In this document: positions 33,311 through 47,169 of the stretch, one piece after another | Layout: the number at the start of each line of letters is the position of its first letter | Numbering within the stretch: position 1 is the stretch's first letter | NCBI GenBank assembly: GCA_051546255.1 | Contig: CP128815.1 | Span: forward strand, 744,001 to 808,000 | DNA: 64,000 bases | Source of the DNA: Meyerozyma guilliermondii | Lineage: Eukaryota | Direction: 5' to 3' | The notes under the pieces: generated by a model | What the model was told of the DNA's origin: nothing | What the model saw: the letters and a program-made list of their open reading frames with translations, nothing else | Databases searched by the model: none | Position numbers and translations under genes: made by a program

Positions 33311-34432
33311 ATGTCTACGGCGGTAAAGGCGAAAATAGTGACGCTTGAAGGCCATCGAAATTTCCGATTACGACTCGTGCTCTCTACATTGTCGGGAAAA
33401 CCAATAAAAATTGTCAGAATTAGATCCGATGACATGAATCCTGGTCTTCGTGACCATGAAGTATCGTTCCTTCGACTCTTGGAATCAGTAACTAACGGCA
33501 CTCATATCGAAATATCATACACTGGTACTACTGTCATATACAAGCCTGGCATCATAATTGGCGGTCAAATCACTCATAATTGTCCTAATACTAAACCTAT
33601 AGGATACTTTGTAGAACCCATGTTGTACTTGGCTCCATTTTCCAAAAAGAAGTTTTCCATTGTTTTCCGCGGACTCACTGCATTGAACGACACAGATGAT
33701 GCTGGAATCGACGCCTTGAAGTGGGGAATACTCCCCGTCATGGAAAAGTTCGGCGTCCGTGAAGCTGCATTACATATCAATAAGAGAGGATCTCCTCCTT
33801 TGGGTGGAGGTGAAGTCCATTTTGTTTGTGACTCCTTGATTGCCCAGCCATTGACGATCCATGCTCTTGAGGTTCCCAAGATCTCAGCAATAAGAGGTGT
33901 CGCATACTGTACTAGAGTTTCACCCAGCGTAGTTAACCGGATAGTTGATGCGGCTCGTAAAGTGTTGAAGCCTACCGGGGTGGAAGTGAATATTACAGCC
34001 GATGCTTGGCGTGGAGAACAATCGGGAAAGTCTCCAGGTTTTGGAGTTACTTTAGTCGCTGAGCTGAAAAAAGGATGGAGAATCTTTTCGGAGGGAGTAG
34101 GAGCTGCGCAGCTGCTCCCAGAGGAACTTGGTGAAAAAGTAGCATACCAGTTACTCGAGGAATTAAGTCTAAGTGGAACTCTAGGAAGAAGTCAATTAAA
34201 ACTCGCATTGACCTACATGGCCATCGGAAAGGAAGACATTGGTCGTATAAAGCTCCATAAAAGCCAAATCGATTCCAACTTAATATGGGTTTTGCGAGAC
34301 ATAAATTCAATAGTTGGCACAGAAGCTTTCTTCAAAGATGGCCTGGATGATATCGACCCTGAAGAAGCAGACTTTATGACTTGCGCTATGAAAGGAATTG
34401 GGTTTACGAGTGTTTCCAAAAAGATTGCTTAA
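33311..34432 (+). CDS. RCL1: RNA 3'-phosphate cyclase-like rRNA processing protein
   Basis: FRLRLVLSTLSGKPIKI, NPGLRDHEVSFLRLLE, KRGSPPLGGGEV, GKSPGFG. Confidence 0.96.
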   Translation: MSTAVKAKIVTLEGHRNFRLRLVLSTLSGKPIKIVRIRSDDMNPGLRDHEVSFLRLLESVTNGTHIEISYTGTTVIYKPGIIIGGQITHNCPNTKPIGYFVEPMLYLAPFSKKKFSIVFRGLTALNDTDDAGIDALKWGILPVMEKFGVREAALHINKRGSPPLGGGEVHFVCDSLIAQPLTIHALEVPKISAIRGVAYCTRVSPSVVNRIVDAARKVLKPTGVEVNITADAWRGEQSGKSPGFGVTLVAELKKGWRIFSEGVGAAQLLPEELGEKVAYQLLEELSLSGTLGRSQLKLALTYMAIGKEDIGRIKLHKSQIDSNLIWVLRDINSIVGTEAFFKDGLDDIDPEEADFMTCAMKGIGFTSVSKKIA

Positions 34433-34465
34433 AGTGATCAAATGCATATTTTATACAGTAATAAT

Positions 34466-37400
34466 CTACCAGAACGAACACCATCCAATGTAGTGCTGGC
34501 ACAAGTTTTCGACGCTAGTTGCTTGTTGTATAAGCTTGTCGACTTGAGTAGGTACATCCAAACCATGGAGCCTTTTGATATCATTTCCGGTAAGCTTATC
34601 AGTAATTCTCTTTAATACCAACGCTGCTCGAGCGTTACGAATTTCAACATCGTTCTGCTTCGTGAGTTTAACAGCCTCAGCTTCATCAATCTGTCCACGA
34701 CGAAGAAGTTCTGCCACATTGACTTGTGGAACCTCAATACCTGTTGCTTCAGCCATGGCTTTTGTAGGGAAGTCAAAACCCCAATTGATCAACGGATCAT
34801 AAGCAAAAGCTTCCAAAATGGCCATCAAGGACTCTTTGTTATCTCTCAACACACGCATTACATGCTCACATGTGATTCTGAATGAGCCCTCTATACCGCT
34901 CACTTCCATAGCATAATTGAGCATCCTTGTGAGCCTAAATGGCACTTTTTCGGGATACTTTTCACGTAGTATAGCCGCTTCGAAACAGTCACCAAAATCA
35001 ATATGAATCACTTTACCGGTTATACGGTCAAGCATCAAGTTGGAAGGATGTCTGTCTCCCAAACCAAGGATATAACCCACCATAGACATGACTGCCAAGG
35101 AGCGGGTATATGTAGTACGACGGTCCAACCAAGTTTCCGAAGACTTGGACTTCAACCACAACACCTTATACAAATCTTGACCTCTGGTATTATCGAGAGC
35201 ACCCATGAAGACTTCAACCTTTTGCAACAAAGTTAAACTGTCATAGTCAGGAGCCATCTGCAACATGATTCGATGTTCAATGTTCAAGGTGATCTTTCTC
35301 GATTCACGATACTCTTTGATAAGAACATGGAAAGTATCACTGTGTGGGAACCAGCCAAAGAGACCAACCTTTGGAGCAAGGGGAATAGCTGGAGACCTCT
35401 CGATATCGAGATGTCGTTTAAAACATTCCGGATCGTTAACCAATAAGGTATTGACTAGACCAAATAATTGCATAACAAGGTTATCCTGTCTGATATCTTC
35501 ATGTCCTTTCAAGGCAAACGAATAATCTTTACCATCGCTTCCTCTGCAAGTAAGTTTTCTGGGTCTCTGTTTCGAAGATATAACCGTCAAGGAAGGATCG
35601 AATTTGGCAATGCGTACCACTGGTTTACCAGGTTCGTAGGTACCTGGAACGGCTAATTCAAGATCCGTTGCCTCTTCTAATTTTGGTGAAACGTATTGAA
35701 GTTCCAATGTTTGGAGTTGTGGGAGTTGCCTGCTAATACGACGGAACACATTGTAGTAGACATCCCAAGCTTGATTTAAGTTGGTGATATCCTTGGTACG
35801 ACGGAAGTTCAACACCCATTCATAGGCATCTGCCAACTCCCTCCCGAACGCATTTGCAAACGAAGATTCCCTCAAAGTTTCGGGCCCCTTTTGAAGCATT
35901 TGATGTAGAGGCTCCAAAACTTCGAACATCTTATCAGTATTGTGTTCACCAAAGAACAACCTCGATGCATCTTCTAGTCCTTCATACCATTGTTCGTGCC
36001 ATAAAACAGCAACACGAATTAGTTCATGACTGACAAGTTCTGATTGATCGACTAAGACAGGAGAGTGTAAACGCATTTGGTCTATAATCGACAACGCTGC
36101 ACGCTGCCTGTTAACAGACTCAGAAGTCACTGCAACTGCAAGTGGATATACAAGCGCCTGTGGATGAGCTTTGCCTAGATCTGTGAGAAGACCAAATAAG
36201 GACCTACTCACAACCTCGTTAGGCTGATGAATTCTCGAGATCAATTGTGGTATCACTTCCAACCATTTATCGATCTTGACCATATTGAAACCATCAGTCA
36301 TAGCCTTCGCAGCTTCACTGATTCCACCAAATTTGAACCATAAGGTTAACAAACGCAAAGTATCTTGTAACGAGCTAGCGGTGGATAAAGCAATGGAATG
36401 AAAGAAACCTTTGATTGAAGGAACCACATGCCTTTGCACAATTTCCATTGGGATAATATTGGACTGTGGTGCGGAAGGACCAGCTGCCTTATTTTGACCC
36501 TTACCAGCTTCATCTTCAGCACCAAGAGTTCCGTTTTGAGGCATGATGTCATCTTGAACGCTAGTATCCTTTGTGGAATTTGTACGCTGGGTGGTGTACA
36601 GCGAGATGACTTCAAAATTTGCTAGCGCCCAGTTGTGCCAAGCCTTGTACCACTTGGTATCGAAATGAGTAGCCAAAAGGTACGCTCCCAAAATGATTTC
36701 GGAAGTATCGTTTCTCCAGTTGCTATTTAAAGCAATCTGCCATTCCCCTTGCTTCAAGAAACACCTGGCAAGGAGTCTTGTGTACTCCTCCACATGCTTT
36801 GGAATACCTGGCGCTTCAGAAGGTAGAGGTTGGGTGATCAAATCGTTTGGATTCAAACCCAAGTCTTGCGACATACGAGCTGTGAAATCAACCAAATGGC
36901 GGAGTGCTTCTCGTTGTTGTCCCTTAGCCCACATGTACTTTATCTGAGCATAAACCACTTGTGGTGGAGCCTTAGAAGGATTTTCAGGGAACCCCTCCTC
37001 CAACAAATAGTTGAGAGATTTCTCAGCCAAATTAAGACGGCCCGACTTTCGACATAAATTGGCAAATTTGATCCACATATCCATATCCTGCTTGGGCTTG
37101 ATCACTAAGGCCCTCACTTTAAGCATACGTTGCCAGATATCGACATTACGTTGACATCCTAGCAACCTGGTGTTCCATGTCTTTCTCATAATTGCACGCT
37201 TTTCAGAACCTCGAGGCAAGCATTTATACTTGATAATCTCCTCTAACTCGGCAAGCATTTGAACTCTGACAACGACTCCATATGCTCTATTGTAACTTTC
37301 GCTGACAAGCGCTGTTATTTCAGTAACCAACAAGTCTCTTGCAACCAATATATGATTCGATGCATCTTCAAAGTTGTTTCTGTGCAAACTAAGAATGGCA

Positions 37401-40400
37401 TTGAAAAATGCTTTATCAGGAGATTCGGATTTCATGACTTGGATACAGGTATCCATTCGGTCCCATTGACCCAAACCCCATGCAGCAGCTGCTGCTAACG
37501 GTGCAACCATTCTCTTGGTGTCACTGGACGAGTTATTCCATTTGCTCTGCGCCAATTCAGATAACTGTTCCCATTCTCCAAGAGCATGCAAACATCTCAT
37601 TTTACCCATGACGACATCCATATTATCAGGCTCTGATATCTGTCGTTCATTATAAGCTCTTAAAGCGTCGTCCCAACGCTGTAGCTTTTCATACCATGTT
37701 TCCTTAAGTTGGAGATCATGGTGCAATTGTGCATGCTTTAATATACCAACTGCGGCATCAGATTGCTGTAATTGATTATTGATACTAATCAAGGACTCAA
37801 TAGTTGGTGTAGACGGTTCCTCATAGAATTCAAGCTCCTTGTAATGCAACGCTTTGGCATAAGCATGACATCGTTGAGCGTATTGGCCCAAAACAGTGAT
37901 TGCTATAGGTAATGACTTGTCGTCATGTTCCATAAACTCTGCCAAATTCAACAAAATTTGATGAATTTCAGGAGGATTATTTGGTGACGACAATGCGATA
38001 CAAAACGATTCCACAAGCTCTTCCTGATGTTGTGAATAAAGCTCACTCCAACAACTTGCAAAACTGGCATTGAATAAATCCTTTGCTAATGGGTAATAAT
38101 CGGAAGCTAATCCAGCACATGCTCTGATTGCATGCGAAGGACTTTGTTTCAAAAGTTCCTTACTCAAACGGCTTATCCAATCTTGCCAATCTTCCTTGGT
38201 TCTTCTTTGTGACGAGTCCCAAGCAGCCTTTAAAGCAGACTGATTGACAGGAAGTTTCTTGGAAGGCATGTCGACATCGGTTGGATCAAAATTCAGATGG
38301 ATATCATAGTCTTTGTAGATGTTGAGATGTGTGGGTAATGGATCTCCACTCAAGAGTTTTGTAACCAACTGTTCAAAAGTATTGGAGTGAATCTTTTGCT
38401 GGACTAAAACCTTCTTGATGACTGGAATAAACACACTAAACTCTGTGCCAAGCTGCAATAGTAAATAACTCAAGGTGTTCATCGCCGTGACTTTTAGCTC
38501 ATCACTTCCTTGTTGCAAGACTCGCAATATTGGATGGATTATTCTTGAAGCCATATCGTTTAACAGAACTGTTTTCGAAAGTCTACCGATAGTTTCAATC
38601 GCGGCTTTACGCAACACTATAGGACCAACTTCGAACAACTTGACGATATTTGGAACCATGATATGTATATATTCCTCAGTGTTGCTTCCGAATACAACTA
38701 AGCTTCGCAACACATGTAAGGAAGGCTCACGCTTGGCGGTCTCATCTTCTTCAAGAACATTCAAAAGTAACGTCAAAACTTCTGGCATGTGCATTTTGAA
38801 CTCCCCTTCCAATGCACGCGAGATGGACTCGATGAGGGAGATGATTATGATTTGGATATTAGGATTGTGAATCAGGGTGAAAAATTCCTTGATGATGGCA
38901 AAGATTTCTGGTAAAAATGGACGAATATGCTGCCTCACGATTAGAATGAGGGCACTAAGTTGCTGAAAGTAGAATTTCAACATCGATGTCTGGCAAGTAT
39001 GCATAACGTTGATGATTCCTGGTATAATTAGTGGCAAGAATGAAACACATCTGAGTCCGAGTGTTTGAAAGATATACATTATTGCTTGAATCACCTTGTT
39101 GTGGTGCATGCTCAAAGAGGGATCTTTCAAAATTTTGGTCAAATTGTTTATGGCAACCGTTGGGTAGTACTCTTCATTTGAAGGAGACATTCCCTGCATC
39201 AAGAAAGCCACATCTACTGGGGCAGCATTTTGGTCAGAAGAAATGCTCTTTGAATTTTGTTCGACCTCACGGTGCTTGTATGGATCCAAGGCACCTAAAA
39301 TACCCAATAATCGAACGGTTTCTCGACGAATATGTGGGGAGGTCTCCAGTTTAAGAATGCCAACCAACATTCCCAAAAGCTGAGGAAAGTCCAAGAGAGG
39401 CTGTATAACATAACCCGAAGAGCTTGCTAATTGACCGAGTGTCTTCAATGCTGCATCTCTTTTGAATGAAGAGCTCTGGTCTTGGAAAGTGTCTAAAATC
39501 AAAGGCATTAATTCCTTGATAAATGGCTTCATATCCTCGCCTGCAACAACAGACATCTCTCCCAAGCAGCTAATAGCACTCGCTGCAACAGAAGAGCTTG
39601 GATCTTTGGCTTTGGGTAACAACGCTTCCACGATGGGTTTTGCATATGGCCTTGTAAGCTCCTTGGATTCCGCAATCAAAACTGCAAGAAGAGTTGCACT
39701 TTCTTCCTTCCTTCGCGCCAGCGTCGAGTACTCTAAACGAGAAAGTAATTGGATAAGAGTACGCCTTAAGGATGGAACAATATAAGCAGGATTAATGGAG
39801 GAAAGCTTTCCGAGAATTTGAACAGCAATCTTTCTTATGGCGAAAAGTTCATCGTTCAATGCAATAAATAATAGCTTGACATTCTCAGCTTGCGAGAGCT
39901 GAGGGCCAAAACTTTCGGCTTTTGAAAGGCATTTGAGAACCTCTAATCGAATTTCGGGAACAGGGTCGGTAATGGCGACAGAAGTCAACTTGTCTAAAAC
40001 TTCATTGACGGCATTAAGTGCATTCACACTTGTTTGTTGGCATATGGGGTCTCTTATGAATATCTCACAAGAAGTCACCGTTGCAATTTTACGAACTCTG
40101 GGGTTACTATGTTCCACGTACTTGATAGTACAAAACCTCACGAGTTCATTCAACTGAAAGTTTTCAAATTGGAAAAAATTGAGCATTTTTAATGCTTGTA
40201 TTAGAATCTCACTGTCGAATGTGTCATAGGAATCGTGATTACTGAGAATTTGATTGATGCTCATGCCGGTGTCTCTAGAGATCATGATAAGTCGGTAGTT
40301 GCGAGCTAATGCAGCATTGGTCTTGATTGAACCATAAGGTGAGCCTGGAGGTTGATAGGTTTTTCCTGACAAAACCAAACTCAACAAATTAAGAAGCTTG

Positions 40401-42001
40401 ATGTTGATGGAGTTTGTCAAGCTAGGAACATTTGAGATCAAAGTCTGCAACACATTTTGCATGTGTGTAGATAGCGAGCAATTGCTAAACATCATATCCA
40501 AAATATCACGCTGCAAGTGTTTAGTTAATGCCGGTCCCACAGCGATAGACAATTTACCAATACAGTCAAAAATCGCTGGTTCTGTATCTTTTCTGCTCAA
40601 TGCATATTTGGACGAGCCGGATACCGAGTATGGTAAGGATGTAAGGCCAGATGCAGAATGCTGACCAGAGCCGGAAGAATTAGAAGATCCGGAAATTGAA
40701 CCCTCTACACTGGTGGCATTGAGTAGTAACAGTTGCACGCTAGAGTTTGCTGGATATGCTAAACCTTCCCGTATGTTGTCGAGGATGGCATCGAGATATG
40801 TCGCCATGTGGTTACCCACTTCCAACGAGATTAATCCAATACTCATGAAAATAGCACTTTTGTCATGGTTAGCGGTTTCGTTATGCTGGTTTCTATTTTT
40901 TTTCAATTGCGACAAGTAGTAATGCAATGTCTTGTGGAGGTACTTTTCGACATAGACCTCTGAATTAACTCGACACAACAATGGAAAAATATTGGTGAGC
41001 TCTTGTCTTATCACTGCAAACCGATGATTGCGATATGCCATTGAACTTTCGCAGATAAGTTCGAATTTTTGCTGGATGTAAGAATCATAATGATAGCGAA
41101 CAAGCTCCCGATATACAAGTAATGATCCGTGAATGTACTCACTTGGCTGGGAAGACGAGGATGCTAAAAAGTTAAGAGCCGCGGAAGCAGCGTTGTTCAC
41201 TGAATTTGAGGTTCCATTGGCCGACGAGATGACAGACACATTTCCGTTTTCAGTATGGGTGTCCAGATTATCGTTGTTATCGCCCAAGATTCTGGAAGCC
41301 GTATCGATAAAGCTTTTTATCCAAAATTTACGAGAATTGGCGTCTCTGTCATACAAGATTGCCATGCACTTTTGTAACGTCACCGCAGCATCTGTCCTTA
41401 TCACGAGTTTGGTATCCCTCAATGGAATCCAAAGATGCTCCAAGATTTGATTAATGAAGTTGTAGAGTAATGTAGGAGCATTATCAGCTAAAGCACTGAT
41501 GATTAATATAGCTGAGTGTCTCCTGTTTTCGTGCTGTTTGTTATCTGCCTGAAGCCATTCAATAGCTCGATTGGCTTCGAAATCAACAAAATCACCAGTT
41601 AATGTGCCTCCAGGTGTTGCTAGCTTTCCCAAAGTTCTGGTAGCTTGCTTCATAATGGTTATGTCACTGGATAATATCAATGAACCAAGGTAGTTTGAGA
41701 ACCTAGCCGTCTTTGTAGCATTCTCCTCGCCGACTCCAGAGTCGAAATCTATCAAGGAATTGAGCGCAGCTATACCACCGAGCTTCTCGGAAGTCTCCTT
41801 ACTGTGTAAAAGCTCGAATATAGTCTTATTTATGTCGTTATTAATTCGATTGAACTGCTCTGAGGTGACATCCCGGGCTACCGATGCTAGATGTTCTCTT
41901 AATTCATGGGCACATCTATTGCGTTCTTCCTCCTTCGGTGATCGGAGCCCGTTGAAGATCTGGTGTAAGGCGACATCAACGATCTGTACCTGTGAGGACA
42001 T
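34466..42001 (-). CDS. TOR1: Target of rapamycin PIKK kinase
   Basis: 2511 aa; HEAT repeats, FAT, FRB ([17 protein letters not shown]), kinase [17 protein letters not shown] and [22 protein letters not shown]. Confidence 0.98.
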   Translation of the reverse strand: MSSQVQIVDVALHQIFNGLRSPKEEERNRCAHELREHLASVARDVTSEQFNRINNDINKTIFELLHSKETSEKLGGIAALNSLIDFDSGVGEENATKTARFSNYLGSLILSSDITIMKQATRTLGKLATPGGTLTGDFVDFEANRAIEWLQADNKQHENRRHSAILIISALADNAPTLLYNFINQILEHLWIPLRDTKLVIRTDAAVTLQKCMAILYDRDANSRKFWIKSFIDTASRILGDNNDNLDTHTENGNVSVISSANGTSNSVNNAASAALNFLASSSSQPSEYIHGSLLVYRELVRYHYDSYIQQKFELICESSMAYRNHRFAVIRQELTNIFPLLCRVNSEVYVEKYLHKTLHYYLSQLKKNRNQHNETANHDKSAIFMSIGLISLEVGNHMATYLDAILDNIREGLAYPANSSVQLLLLNATSVEGSISGSSNSSGSGQHSASGLTSLPYSVSGSSKYALSRKDTEPAIFDCIGKLSIAVGPALTKHLQRDILDMMFSNCSLSTHMQNVLQTLISNVPSLTNSINIKLLNLLSLVLSGKTYQPPGSPYGSIKTNAALARNYRLIMISRDTGMSINQILSNHDSYDTFDSEILIQALKMLNFFQFENFQLNELVRFCTIKYVEHSNPRVRKIATVTSCEIFIRDPICQQTSVNALNAVNEVLDKLTSVAITDPVPEIRLEVLKCLSKAESFGPQLSQAENVKLLFIALNDELFAIRKIAVQILGKLSSINPAYIVPSLRRTLIQLLSRLEYSTLARRKEESATLLAVLIAESKELTRPYAKPIVEALLPKAKDPSSSVAASAISCLGEMSVVAGEDMKPFIKELMPLILDTFQDQSSSFKRDAALKTLGQLASSSGYVIQPLLDFPQLLGMLVGILKLETSPHIRRETVRLLGILGALDPYKHREVEQNSKSISSDQNAAPVDVAFLMQGMSPSNEEYYPTVAINNLTKILKDPSLSMHHNKVIQAIMYIFQTLGLRCVSFLPLIIPGIINVMHTCQTSMLKFYFQQLSALILIVRQHIRPFLPEIFAIIKEFFTLIHNPNIQIIIISLIESISRALEGEFKMHMPEVLTLLLNVLEEDETAKREPSLHVLRSLVVFGSNTEEYIHIMVPNIVKLFEVGPIVLRKAAIETIGRLSKTVLLNDMASRIIHPILRVLQQGSDELKVTAMNTLSYLLLQLGTEFSVFIPVIKKVLVQQKIHSNTFEQLVTKLLSGDPLPTHLNIYKDYDIHLNFDPTDVDMPSKKLPVNQSALKAAWDSSQRRTKEDWQDWISRLSKELLKQSPSHAIRACAGLASDYYPLAKDLFNASFASCWSELYSQHQEELVESFCIALSSPNNPPEIHQILLNLAEFMEHDDKSLPIAITVLGQYAQRCHAYAKALHYKELEFYEEPSTPTIESLISINNQLQQSDAAVGILKHAQLHHDLQLKETWYEKLQRWDDALRAYNERQISEPDNMDVVMGKMRCLHALGEWEQLSELAQSKWNNSSSDTKRMVAPLAAAAAWGLGQWDRMDTCIQVMKSESPDKAFFNAILSLHRNNFEDASNHILVARDLLVTEITALVSESYNRAYGVVVRVQMLAELEEIIKYKCLPRGSEKRAIMRKTWNTRLLGCQRNVDIWQRMLKVRALVIKPKQDMDMWIKFANLCRKSGRLNLAEKSLNYLLEEGFPENPSKAPPQVVYAQIKYMWAKGQQREALRHLVDFTARMSQDLGLNPNDLITQPLPSEAPGIPKHVEEYTRLLARCFLKQGEWQIALNSNWRNDTSEIILGAYLLATHFDTKWYKAWHNWALANFEVISLYTTQRTNSTKDTSVQDDIMPQNGTLGAEDEAGKGQNKAAGPSAPQSNIIPMEIVQRHVVPSIKGFFHSIALSTASSLQDTLRLLTLWFKFGGISEAAKAMTDGFNMVKIDKWLEVIPQLISRIHQPNEVVSRSLFGLLTDLGKAHPQALVYPLAVAVTSESVNRQRAALSIIDQMRLHSPVLVDQSELVSHELIRVAVLWHEQWYEGLEDASRLFFGEHNTDKMFEVLEPLHQMLQKGPETLRESSFANAFGRELADAYEWVLNFRRTKDITNLNQAWDVYYNVFRRISRQLPQLQTLELQYVSPKLEEATDLELAVPGTYEPGKPVVRIAKFDPSLTVISSKQRPRKLTCRGSDGKDYSFALKGHEDIRQDNLVMQLFGLVNTLLVNDPECFKRHLDIERSPAIPLAPKVGLFGWFPHSDTFHVLIKEYRESRKITLNIEHRIMLQMAPDYDSLTLLQKVEVFMGALDNTRGQDLYKVLWLKSKSSETWLDRRTTYTRSLAVMSMVGYILGLGDRHPSNLMLDRITGKVIHIDFGDCFEAAILREKYPEKVPFRLTRMLNYAMEVSGIEGSFRITCEHVMRVLRDNKESLMAILEAFAYDPLINWGFDFPTKAMAEATGIEVPQVNVAELLRRGQIDEAEAVKLTKQNDVEIRNARAALVLKRITDKLTGNDIKRLHGLDVPTQVDKLIQQATSVENLCQHYIGWCSFW

Positions 42002-42173
42002 TTCGTGATTATTTCTCCAGGTCGAATCTCAATGGGCGCTGGGATATTTTGGGACGGCATATAAATGATAAGGCCGGGAAGCAAGGCATTACGAAGTAGT
42101 CAGCTCATGGAGTAAAATGAAGAATTTGAGGAAAAAGAGTGATCAGCCAAGCTAATGGACCTTAAACTACAGT

Positions 42174-42198
42174 AATTCTAGTCAATTCTAGTCAATTC
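42174..42198. repeat. Short tandem repeat (AATTCTAGTC) x2.5 between ARP3 stop and TOR1 promoter
   Basis: aattctagtc aattctagtc aattc read directly. Confidence 0.6.
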
Positions 42199-42208
42199 GT
42201 CATATTCT

Positions 42209-43477
42209 CTATGGCACGGAAAACAAGGAAAAGTTTCTAACGATACTTGGCCCATATTCATCGTAGTCTTGTTTCGTGTAGCAGTAGCTCTTAAATTCAG
42301 CAGTTTGTGCCAATAAGGATCCTCCAAACCAAACAGCGTTTCTTTGACGTTTGTGTGATATAACCTGGACGTCGACACCACTACTCTTCACACCACTCAA
42401 ACGCTCACTCGTTTCAATTCTTTCGTTCACAATCGTTTTCATATCTCTTTGTAACCTTCTGCCAAAGTCTTTAAACATTGTTGATCCTCCAGACAACACA
42501 ATGTTCTTGTACAATTTTTTGCGCACATCAATTGGAGTTGATTGAATCACCAAATCCACCACCTCTGGTAATGGAGTCAAGTAATCAGAGGAACAAATTT
42601 CAGGATTGAAAAAGATTTCCGGAGCCAAAAACTGTTCGTATCCAACATCCACAATGTTCTTTCTGTTTTTATCGGCGTATTCAACCACATACTGGGCAAA
42701 CTTTTCTTGTGGATATTGATCGAATTTCTTGAACTCTTTAACGATATCAGGACACACATAACAGAATTGCTGCTTGATCTTTTCCGCCGTCTGCAAGGAT
42801 GTGTCAGGCTCACCTCTGTCTCTCAACAAAGACTGGATGAACGATGTTATATCACGACCAGCCAATGGAATATTCTTGATCGAGGTGCCGATGACATAGC
42901 CTTCAGCAACGGGAATAACATGAGTAACACCATCACCCGAATCAATGACCGTACCGGTGAGCGACCGATCCTTGACCTTGGAAGATGTCCACGAAGCAGC
43001 CAACGCCAATACGGCTTGCACAGCAATGTAAAGACCAGCACAGTTGAAAGATTCAAACATGATTTCAGCAGTGCTCTCTCTATTTTCAGGTGGATTCAAC
43101 GGAGGTTCCGTCAACAAGAAGTAGTGATCTTCGGGCTCACATCGTAAGTATTTGAAAATGGAATTCTCCCAAAACCGTTCCATATGATCCCAATTCTCAA
43201 TTTGTCCATGTCTGACTGGATACGATAAGTTATAGTTTGGGCCATTGGCAGCACTCAATGCTTCGTCACCGATGAAAAAGTTCAAGTCCTCTAATCCTCG
43301 TTTCGAAGATAAAAACGAACCGGTGCTGCTGCCTCCACGGGCGCCTCCACCAGACGTGGACGCTGTAGCAATGGCCGTTGGAAAGACAAAACTGGGTGAA
43401 TCGTTTCCGGCAAAACCAAGTTTGGTCAACCCGGTACCATTGTCCATGACCACTGCGGGCGTACCGATGCTTGCCAT
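42209..43477 (-). CDS. ARP3: Actin-related protein 3
   Basis: [45 protein letters not shown]; start MASIG at 43477. Confidence 0.97.
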   Translation of the reverse strand: MASIGTPAVVMDNGTGLTKLGFAGNDSPSFVFPTAIATASTSGGGARGGSSTGSFLSSKRGLEDLNFFIGDEALSAANGPNYNLSYPVRHGQIENWDHMERFWENSIFKYLRCEPEDHYFLLTEPPLNPPENRESTAEIMFESFNCAGLYIAVQAVLALAASWTSSKVKDRSLTGTVIDSGDGVTHVIPVAEGYVIGTSIKNIPLAGRDITSFIQSLLRDRGEPDTSLQTAEKIKQQFCYVCPDIVKEFKKFDQYPQEKFAQYVVEYADKNRKNIVDVGYEQFLAPEIFFNPEICSSDYLTPLPEVVDLVIQSTPIDVRKKLYKNIVLSGGSTMFKDFGRRLQRDMKTIVNERIETSERLSGVKSSGVDVQVISHKRQRNAVWFGGSLLAQTAEFKSYCYTKQDYDEYGPSIVRNFSLFSVP

Positions 43478-43639
43478 GATGTATTTATGTTTTTGTGTGG
43501 TAGCTCGGTGAACGGTAAGGAGTAGTGAGATTGGAGGTTCGAAGAATATACATGGACTGCAGACAAGACACATATAGGGTATACCTACTACTTGTATTAG
43601 CAAAATCTAAGGTATACTTACTTTGTGTATTACTCGTTA

Positions 43640-45295
43640 TTAATACTCATCCTTGCCGGAGATAATGACATCGTTGATCTTGAGGATCATTCTTGTCAAT
43701 TGCGTGGCCAATAAAAGTTGCTGTTTCTTGCCGATCAATGGATCTATGACGAACAACTCTTTCATGTCATTTGTTCCATTACCCAAGCAGTCCACTCCTA
43801 AACGAGACGAACCCTCGTTCACTTGCTTTGACTTGAGCGTAGACAAGGTTTCGATAGGATCGAGACCGGAGTTTTCCGCTAATGTCATTGGAATTACGTC
43901 CAAGGCTGCTGCAAAAGCACGGAATGCATATTGATCGATACCAGTTTGCTCATCAGCAGACGCAGAAACTGCAATTGAGCATGTAAGTTCGGCAGCACCT
44001 CCTCCGTAAACCACTCTATTATCTCTGATTAAATTTCTCACCACACAAAGCGAATCGTGCAAAGCTCTGGACCCTTCAGCTACAATCATCTCGTTTGAAC
44101 CACGAATGAAACATGTCACTGCCTTTGTATTGGAACAATCTTCAATGACAAGCATTCTGTCACGAGTGGTTCCAAACTCCAACTCCTTGATGGTTCCGCA
44201 ATGACCAAGCTTTTCCGGTGTCAAATCCTCAAACCGAGGAACTATACGTCCATTGGTAGCAATGGCCAAAAGCTCCAACTCTGAACCTCCAACCCATCTG
44301 ATGGCAGTCAAGTCGTTAGCTAACAACAAGTGGTTTGCTTCGTCGTCAAATCCCCACTGACAAGCCACAACATTGGCGCCAGACTCTTTGACGTAGTCTA
44401 TCATTTCTTGAAACTTTTTCTGTTCGTACTCTTGAAGAGCTTTGAATTCTTCCACTGTGGATATATCCAACTTGTGTTTGGTCTTTGGCTTTGGAGGCTC
44501 GAAAGGACAGGTTAATATAGCAATCTTACAGTCTTCCACCTTCTTAGGCATTTGAGGGTGAGAGAACTCCTTATCGAGCAAAACGCCCTTGATTAACGAT
44601 GAGTCTTCAATAGCACCACCCACTTTAGTTTCCATCTTTATGAGTTCGAAATCAACATCTTTACGTTCGAAATCGGCAACTGACAACACAGCATCCACTG
44701 CCATTTGTGCAAAGTGATCGTGGGCCTTGGACACAATTTTACTGCCCAATGATGTCTTGGCGGCTCTTAACAAGTTGCCGTCGGTAGTATCTCTCGAGAA
44801 ATGAATCTCGTCAGCAACTTTATCGAGCTGGTCGCATGCAAGTTTACAAGCCTCATCAAACCCGTTTGCGACTTTGAGCGGGTGGATTCCCTTTTCGATC
44901 AATCCCAAAGCTTGGTCCAACAACGCTCCAGCAAGTACAACCACACCTGTAGTTCCATCACCGATTTCGTCATCTTGTGATCTCGACAATTCAACCAATA
45001 ACTTTGCAATCTCATTGTCAATGTCCATTTGCGACAAAATAGTGGCACCATCATTGGTAATGGTGATCTCGCCATCCTGACTGATCAATATCTTGTCTAA
45101 TCCACGAGGTCCTAATGATGTACGAACAATCGAAGCCACCGAACGGGCGGCCAAAATGTGCGATTTAGTAGCCTCAATACCGCGTTTTCTCTGCTTCTTT
45201 CCTTGATCCCTAACTATGATGAATGGTCTCCCCATCTCATCTTGTGCCACTATGGCATTAGACATGTCGGGCAACGCCTGTTGGGGTGCAGCCAT
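43640..45295 (-). CDS. CCT5: Chaperonin CCT epsilon subunit
   Basis: [40 protein letters not shown]. Confidence 0.97.
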   Translation of the reverse strand: MAAPQQALPDMSNAIVAQDEMGRPFIIVRDQGKKQRKRGIEATKSHILAARSVASIVRTSLGPRGLDKILISQDGEITITNDGATILSQMDIDNEIAKLLVELSRSQDDEIGDGTTGVVVLAGALLDQALGLIEKGIHPLKVANGFDEACKLACDQLDKVADEIHFSRDTTDGNLLRAAKTSLGSKIVSKAHDHFAQMAVDAVLSVADFERKDVDFELIKMETKVGGAIEDSSLIKGVLLDKEFSHPQMPKKVEDCKIAILTCPFEPPKPKTKHKLDISTVEEFKALQEYEQKKFQEMIDYVKESGANVVACQWGFDDEANHLLLANDLTAIRWVGGSELELLAIATNGRIVPRFEDLTPEKLGHCGTIKELEFGTTRDRMLVIEDCSNTKAVTCFIRGSNEMIVAEGSRALHDSLCVVRNLIRDNRVVYGGGAAELTCSIAVSASADEQTGIDQYAFRAFAAALDVIPMTLAENSGLDPIETLSTLKSKQVNEGSSRLGVDCLGNGTNDMKELFVIDPLIGKKQQLLLATQLTRMILKINDVIISGKDEY

Positions 45296-45745
45296 GGTTG
45301 TAGTAGAGGTGGGAGTTGAAGTTTAAAATGATTTTTCAATGCCGTGGTGCAGGATTGGTTTACCTGCAGGTGGCCAAAGTTGCAAGAACTACGAAAAGAA
45401 TGGGAGGAGAGAGCAGGTATCAAAATGAAGCGTCAAACAAAGGTAGATACAGCTGAATACTGGCGACAAGACTGACAAGTTGGGAGAAAGCTAGAACAGA
45501 ATGAATTGAAAGAAGCGAGAAACGTCACTTTTCATTTTTTACGATTGTGGTTAAAGAGTCACTATCCACCTTAAATCTGGTTTGAAATAGATTCTCTCAA
45601 TGAACAGGTATTTACATTGAATACCAGGAATTCCACCTTCGCTTCACCGCGTTAATGAATCTTCTGCCGCTGCAGCCTCGCGATATATGCAGGACTCGGT
45701 CTTCTGCAAAAAAAAGAATTCTTTTCACAACTGCAAATTTTACTT

Positions 45746-46696
45746 ATGAGCGACTTGAACGAAAGCGAAGCGAGTTTGGAACAGCTCCGCGATGTACTCC
45801 TCAATACTAGTGGCCAGGAGAAACTCGCCAACAGATTCAGGGCATTATTCAGCTTGAAATCGATAGGTGCCGAATCGGAGAATGAAGAAGAGGTTCACAA
45901 AGCGATCAAATATATTGCACAAGCTTTCCAAGATAAGTCTGAACTTCTCAAGCACGAGGTGGCCTACGTATTGGGACAGACTTCCAACTTGTTTGCTGCT
46001 CCTTTTTTGAGAGATGTGCTTACCAGTAATGACCAACAAATTATGGTGAGGCATGAAGCAGCAGAGGCTTTGGGTGCTCTTGGTGACAAGGAGTCATTGG
46101 AGTTATTGCAAAAGTACTACAAGGAAGACCCCTCGTTGGAAATACGGCAAACTTGTGAGTTGGCTATAGGAAGAATTGAATGGGAAAATTCCGCCAAGGC
46201 GAAACTGGAAGTTCTCGAAAAATCCGCTTACACCTCTATAGACCCTGCTCCACCTATGGCATTAGACAAGGAGGCAAAGATTGAAAAGTTACAAAAAATA
46301 TTGAATGACCAAGACGAATCTTTGTTCGAGAGGTATAGAGCCATGTTCAGGTTGCGTGACTTGGGAACTGATGAGGCATGTCTTGCGTTAGCATCTGGTT
46401 TTGACGACCCTTCAGCTTTGTTCAAGCACGAAATTGCTTATGTTTTTGGTCAATTGTGCAACCCAGTCACTGTTCCATCTTTGATTAAAGTGCTTAAAGA
46501 TGAGTCCGAAGCTGGTATGGTTAGACACGAAGCCGCCGAGGCGTTGGGATCTATTGCCACCGACGAATGTTTGCCTGTATTGCAGTCTTTCATGAACGAT
46601 AAGGAGGATGTGGTTAGAGATTCGGCCGTCGTAGCCTTGGATATGTATGAGTACGAAAACTCCAACGAGATGGAATACGCTACCATCAAAACATGA
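45746..46696 (+). CDS. LIA1: Deoxyhypusine hydroxylase
   Basis: Four HE motifs ([34 protein letters not shown]) in HEAT repeats. Confidence 0.96.
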   Translation: MSDLNESEASLEQLRDVLLNTSGQEKLANRFRALFSLKSIGAESENEEEVHKAIKYIAQAFQDKSELLKHEVAYVLGQTSNLFAAPFLRDVLTSNDQQIMVRHEAAEALGALGDKESLELLQKYYKEDPSLEIRQTCELAIGRIEWENSAKAKLEVLEKSAYTSIDPAPPMALDKEAKIEKLQKILNDQDESLFERYRAMFRLRDLGTDEACLALASGFDDPSALFKHEIAYVFGQLCNPVTVPSLIKVLKDESEAGMVRHEAAEALGSIATDECLPVLQSFMNDKEDVVRDSAVVALDMYEYENSNEMEYATIKT

Positions 46697-46747
46697 AAAA
46701 AGTTCTGTTATATATATTATTAATGCTATGTGACCATCGTTATTCGT

Positions 46748-47119
46748 CTAATTGTTCGTTCTAAACCTGTATCCACACCCTGTACAAGTGTAGAATACTG
46801 TTGCACCCTCATCGGCAGATCTTAATTGAAGTGTATGGTACTGCATTTCTTCGTTGCCACACTTGGGGCATTTTTCCTTGATGGTAGCACCTTCGTCCAT
46901 CTCGTCTTTGTTCAAGGATGTCTTCACAACAGACCGTTTTAATTTTAACTGAGATGGAAAAGCATCTTCGGCCGACTGAGTAACCACCTTCAAATTGGCA
47001 AACCCTGATGCCGGATATGAAGCGGTACAAACTTTACATTCTATCTGTGTATTTGAGCCAGCAGCGTCGAGCAAGTTACCGCAACTCGTACAAAAAATCA
47101 AAGATCCCACCACCGACAT
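46748..47119 (-). CDS. RPA12: RNA polymerase I subunit A12.2
   Basis: MSVVGSLIFCTSCGNLL, C-terminal Zn ribbon QLRSADEGATVFY. Confidence 0.97.
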   Translation of the reverse strand: MSVVGSLIFCTSCGNLLDAAGSNTQIECKVCTASYPASGFANLKVVTQSAEDAFPSQLKLKRSVVKTSLNKDEMDEGATIKEKCPKCGNEEMQYHTLQLRSADEGATVFYTCTGCGYRFRTNN

Positions 47120-47125
47120 TGTGAC

Positions 47126-47169
47126 GCGATGAGCTCAGTCCTCGATGCTCTTCGCACGGTGAAAAATTC
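47126..47169. promoter_or_regulatory. PAC and RRPE elements upstream of RPA12
   Basis: GCGATGAG at 47126-47133 and TGAAAAATTC at 47160-47169. Confidence 0.65.

Noticed and set aside
41899..42060. Out-of-frame upstream ATG (42060) overlapping the TOR1 start as a regulatory uORF
   Set aside because: The ATG is embedded in a TATA-like TTTATAT element and is probably upstream of the TSS; it cannot be supported without TSS data
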